A program made the position numbers and the translations under genes. DNA of 64,000 nt from Tubulanus polymorphus (Eukaryota > Animalia > Nemertea). Below the pieces are notes generated by a model, which was not told the DNA's origin, searched no databases, and saw nothing but the letters and a program-made list of their open reading frames with translations. Positions within the stretch are counted from its first letter, which is position 1. Each line of letters starts with the position of its first letter. The stretch lies in NCBI RefSeq assembly GCF_964204645.1, contig NC_134032.1:2938175-3002174 (forward strand), in the 5' to 3' direction. Of this stretch, positions 62,143 to 64,000 are shown piece by piece.

Positions 62143-64000
62143 CCAAGGTTGGAATATAGCTATGGATCATGATAAAATAGTGCGCTACGACCGATAAAAT
62201 ATCAGCTGTCGGTACTCGGTCATGCCATGTTACAGGCACTCTTCTGTCGCATCGAATCGGAACCTGATTCCCGAAGCAGCCAAGGTCCTAACGAGAAGAA
62301 TAAACGAAACAAATGTAAGTGTCCTGCACTCAATTCTACGGTGTCTAATTATCTTCAAGTGTCTACTCCATCCACACTTTAATGTAGTCTACAAAAACAT
62401 GGACAAGCGATACTTTAGATTAGGTTCTCATCAAAGAATCTACTGGGGGTTGAGTGAACTTGTAGGTAGTGTACTCACTGCTACTTATCTTATTTTTAGG
62501 AAACATTTTTGACAGACCACCTATCCACTAGTGAATGATTTTTCCATGGACCCGAAAAGTAGGCCTAGGCCTCTTAGAGTCATAAGAAGGTAGGCTATTG
62601 ATCTCATTTATTTACATAACTATGAAGTCTTCAAATAAATTTCCACATGCAATTTTTTTATTTCAAAGGCAATGTTAATTTAGAGGTCAACTTGTGACTA
62701 GAAAAGCCAGGTTTACAGGATTGGAGATGATAAAAAGTGAGTAGGCCTCACTGACTGAATGGTAAATATATCATCATGTAGTCATCGCTGCTGTATTGAA
62801 TCATTTAACTTTCAGCAATCAATTGATTTTTTTGTTTGCTTTTATTCATCTTTAGGTGATGCAGATATCAAGTACAAGGACATGAAGTTGAATCTTTAAA
62901 CTGGGGATTGTCAAGATTTTACTTGTTTCCATCTTTTCACTTAGATGTTTGAATAAATCTAAACATATAAAAGAGCTTTTTCTTGTGCGTATTCCTGAAG
63001 TCGTCAATTCCTATTCATGCCTACTAACAGAAGAAAATAAGAGAAGCTTTGTCCACACTTGCATCTTATACCGAGGTTATGCGTCTACACTAAGCTCGAA
63101 ACACGGGTTGTATGCAAAAAGCCAGGTTTTTGAAAAAGGAGTTATATAACCTATTGAGAATTGAACCTATGTTCACGAAAAACTCTACAGATGTGGATTC
63201 AGTTACTGGAGCTAAATTAAGTGTAGATGCAGCCCTGCAAACGCTGGGTTTATATGAACCCGCATACTTTGAAACCCGGGTTCAACGAGCTGTAGACGTG
63301 GTAATATATATCGCAGTCAGAAAAAGAAGCAAATTGAAAGTACATCAATCTTTTATTTCCAACCTAAAACAATGAGACAGAAGGTTTGAATGCAACAAGC
63401 TATTTGAGCAATTGCGGTTACTAATTTGTAAAATGTATTGATATGATATGGATGGCCAACTGCTGAATTCCATGGGTACCATCAGAACCAAATGCACGCT
63501 ACTTGCCATCTACCTGAAATAAACAAATGTCAATATTATGTTATAAACAAATGAATATGAAAAAAATGCAAATTTCTGCTTGATACAACTTACATTTGAA
63601 TGGGAAACATCGGTTATAAAATATCTGCTATGTCTGACAAATAACTGACGAATCCTACAAAACAAAAAAATATATTATCTTTAAAATAAAATTTACAATT
63701 TCAAAGATTTTTGGCAATCTTCCAATACAATATACATAGGTCCCTAGTAGGCCTACGCTAAACACTTACTGAGCCAGACAGCCTGATATCCTTTCAAACA
63801 AAACTGAATTCGACATTAGATGTGAGATGCGTGAAAATGAGCCATAGGCTGGTTTTCCACGAGAAACAGATCAATCAAATTTATTTCCCTTTAGCCGTTT
63901 CCACAACAAGGGTGCGGCACTGTTGGACAGGACAGACACACATTTCCGAGTCTGTATTAATCAATTGTTTACTGTGACTGCGCAGTAATTAGTCAGAATT

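Noticed and set aside
62850-63375. Possible exon(s) of a host gene
   Set aside because: Two overlapping non-ATG ORFs with no recognisable domain; cannot be supported.

Overview
AT-rich eukaryotic DNA, most likely from an invertebrate animal (inferred from intronless rhodopsin-type GPCRs, a spliced secreted PLA2 gene, LINEs, SINEs and MITEs). Three separate Polinton/Maverick-type (virus-like, protein-primed) elements dominate the window. (1) 1-~5211 is the end of an AT-rich Polinton with capsid C-terminus, integrase, packaging ATPase and an HNH nuclease. (2) ~31600-36180 is a decayed Polinton remnant whose protein-primed DNA polymerase B carries an intein with a LAGLIDADG-type endonuclease remnant, inserted at the catalytic YxD/TDS motif. 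(3) 50293-60450 is a ~10 kb, almost fully palindromic Polinton derivative. Each arm holds a divergent gene pair (triple RING-like protein and spliced tandem-PC4 protein) and terminal ETS/CRE/YY1/E2F motif arrays. An inner palindrome duplicates an adenain-protease pseudogene plus a LINE 3' end, and one extra RING gene sits on one side only. Also present: a nearly intact CR1/L2-group LINE, a decayed PIF1 plus DUF3987-like helicase region, two hammerhead-ribozyme motifs, a GPCR cluster and assorted repeats. All calls come from manual reading and translation; no database searches were run.
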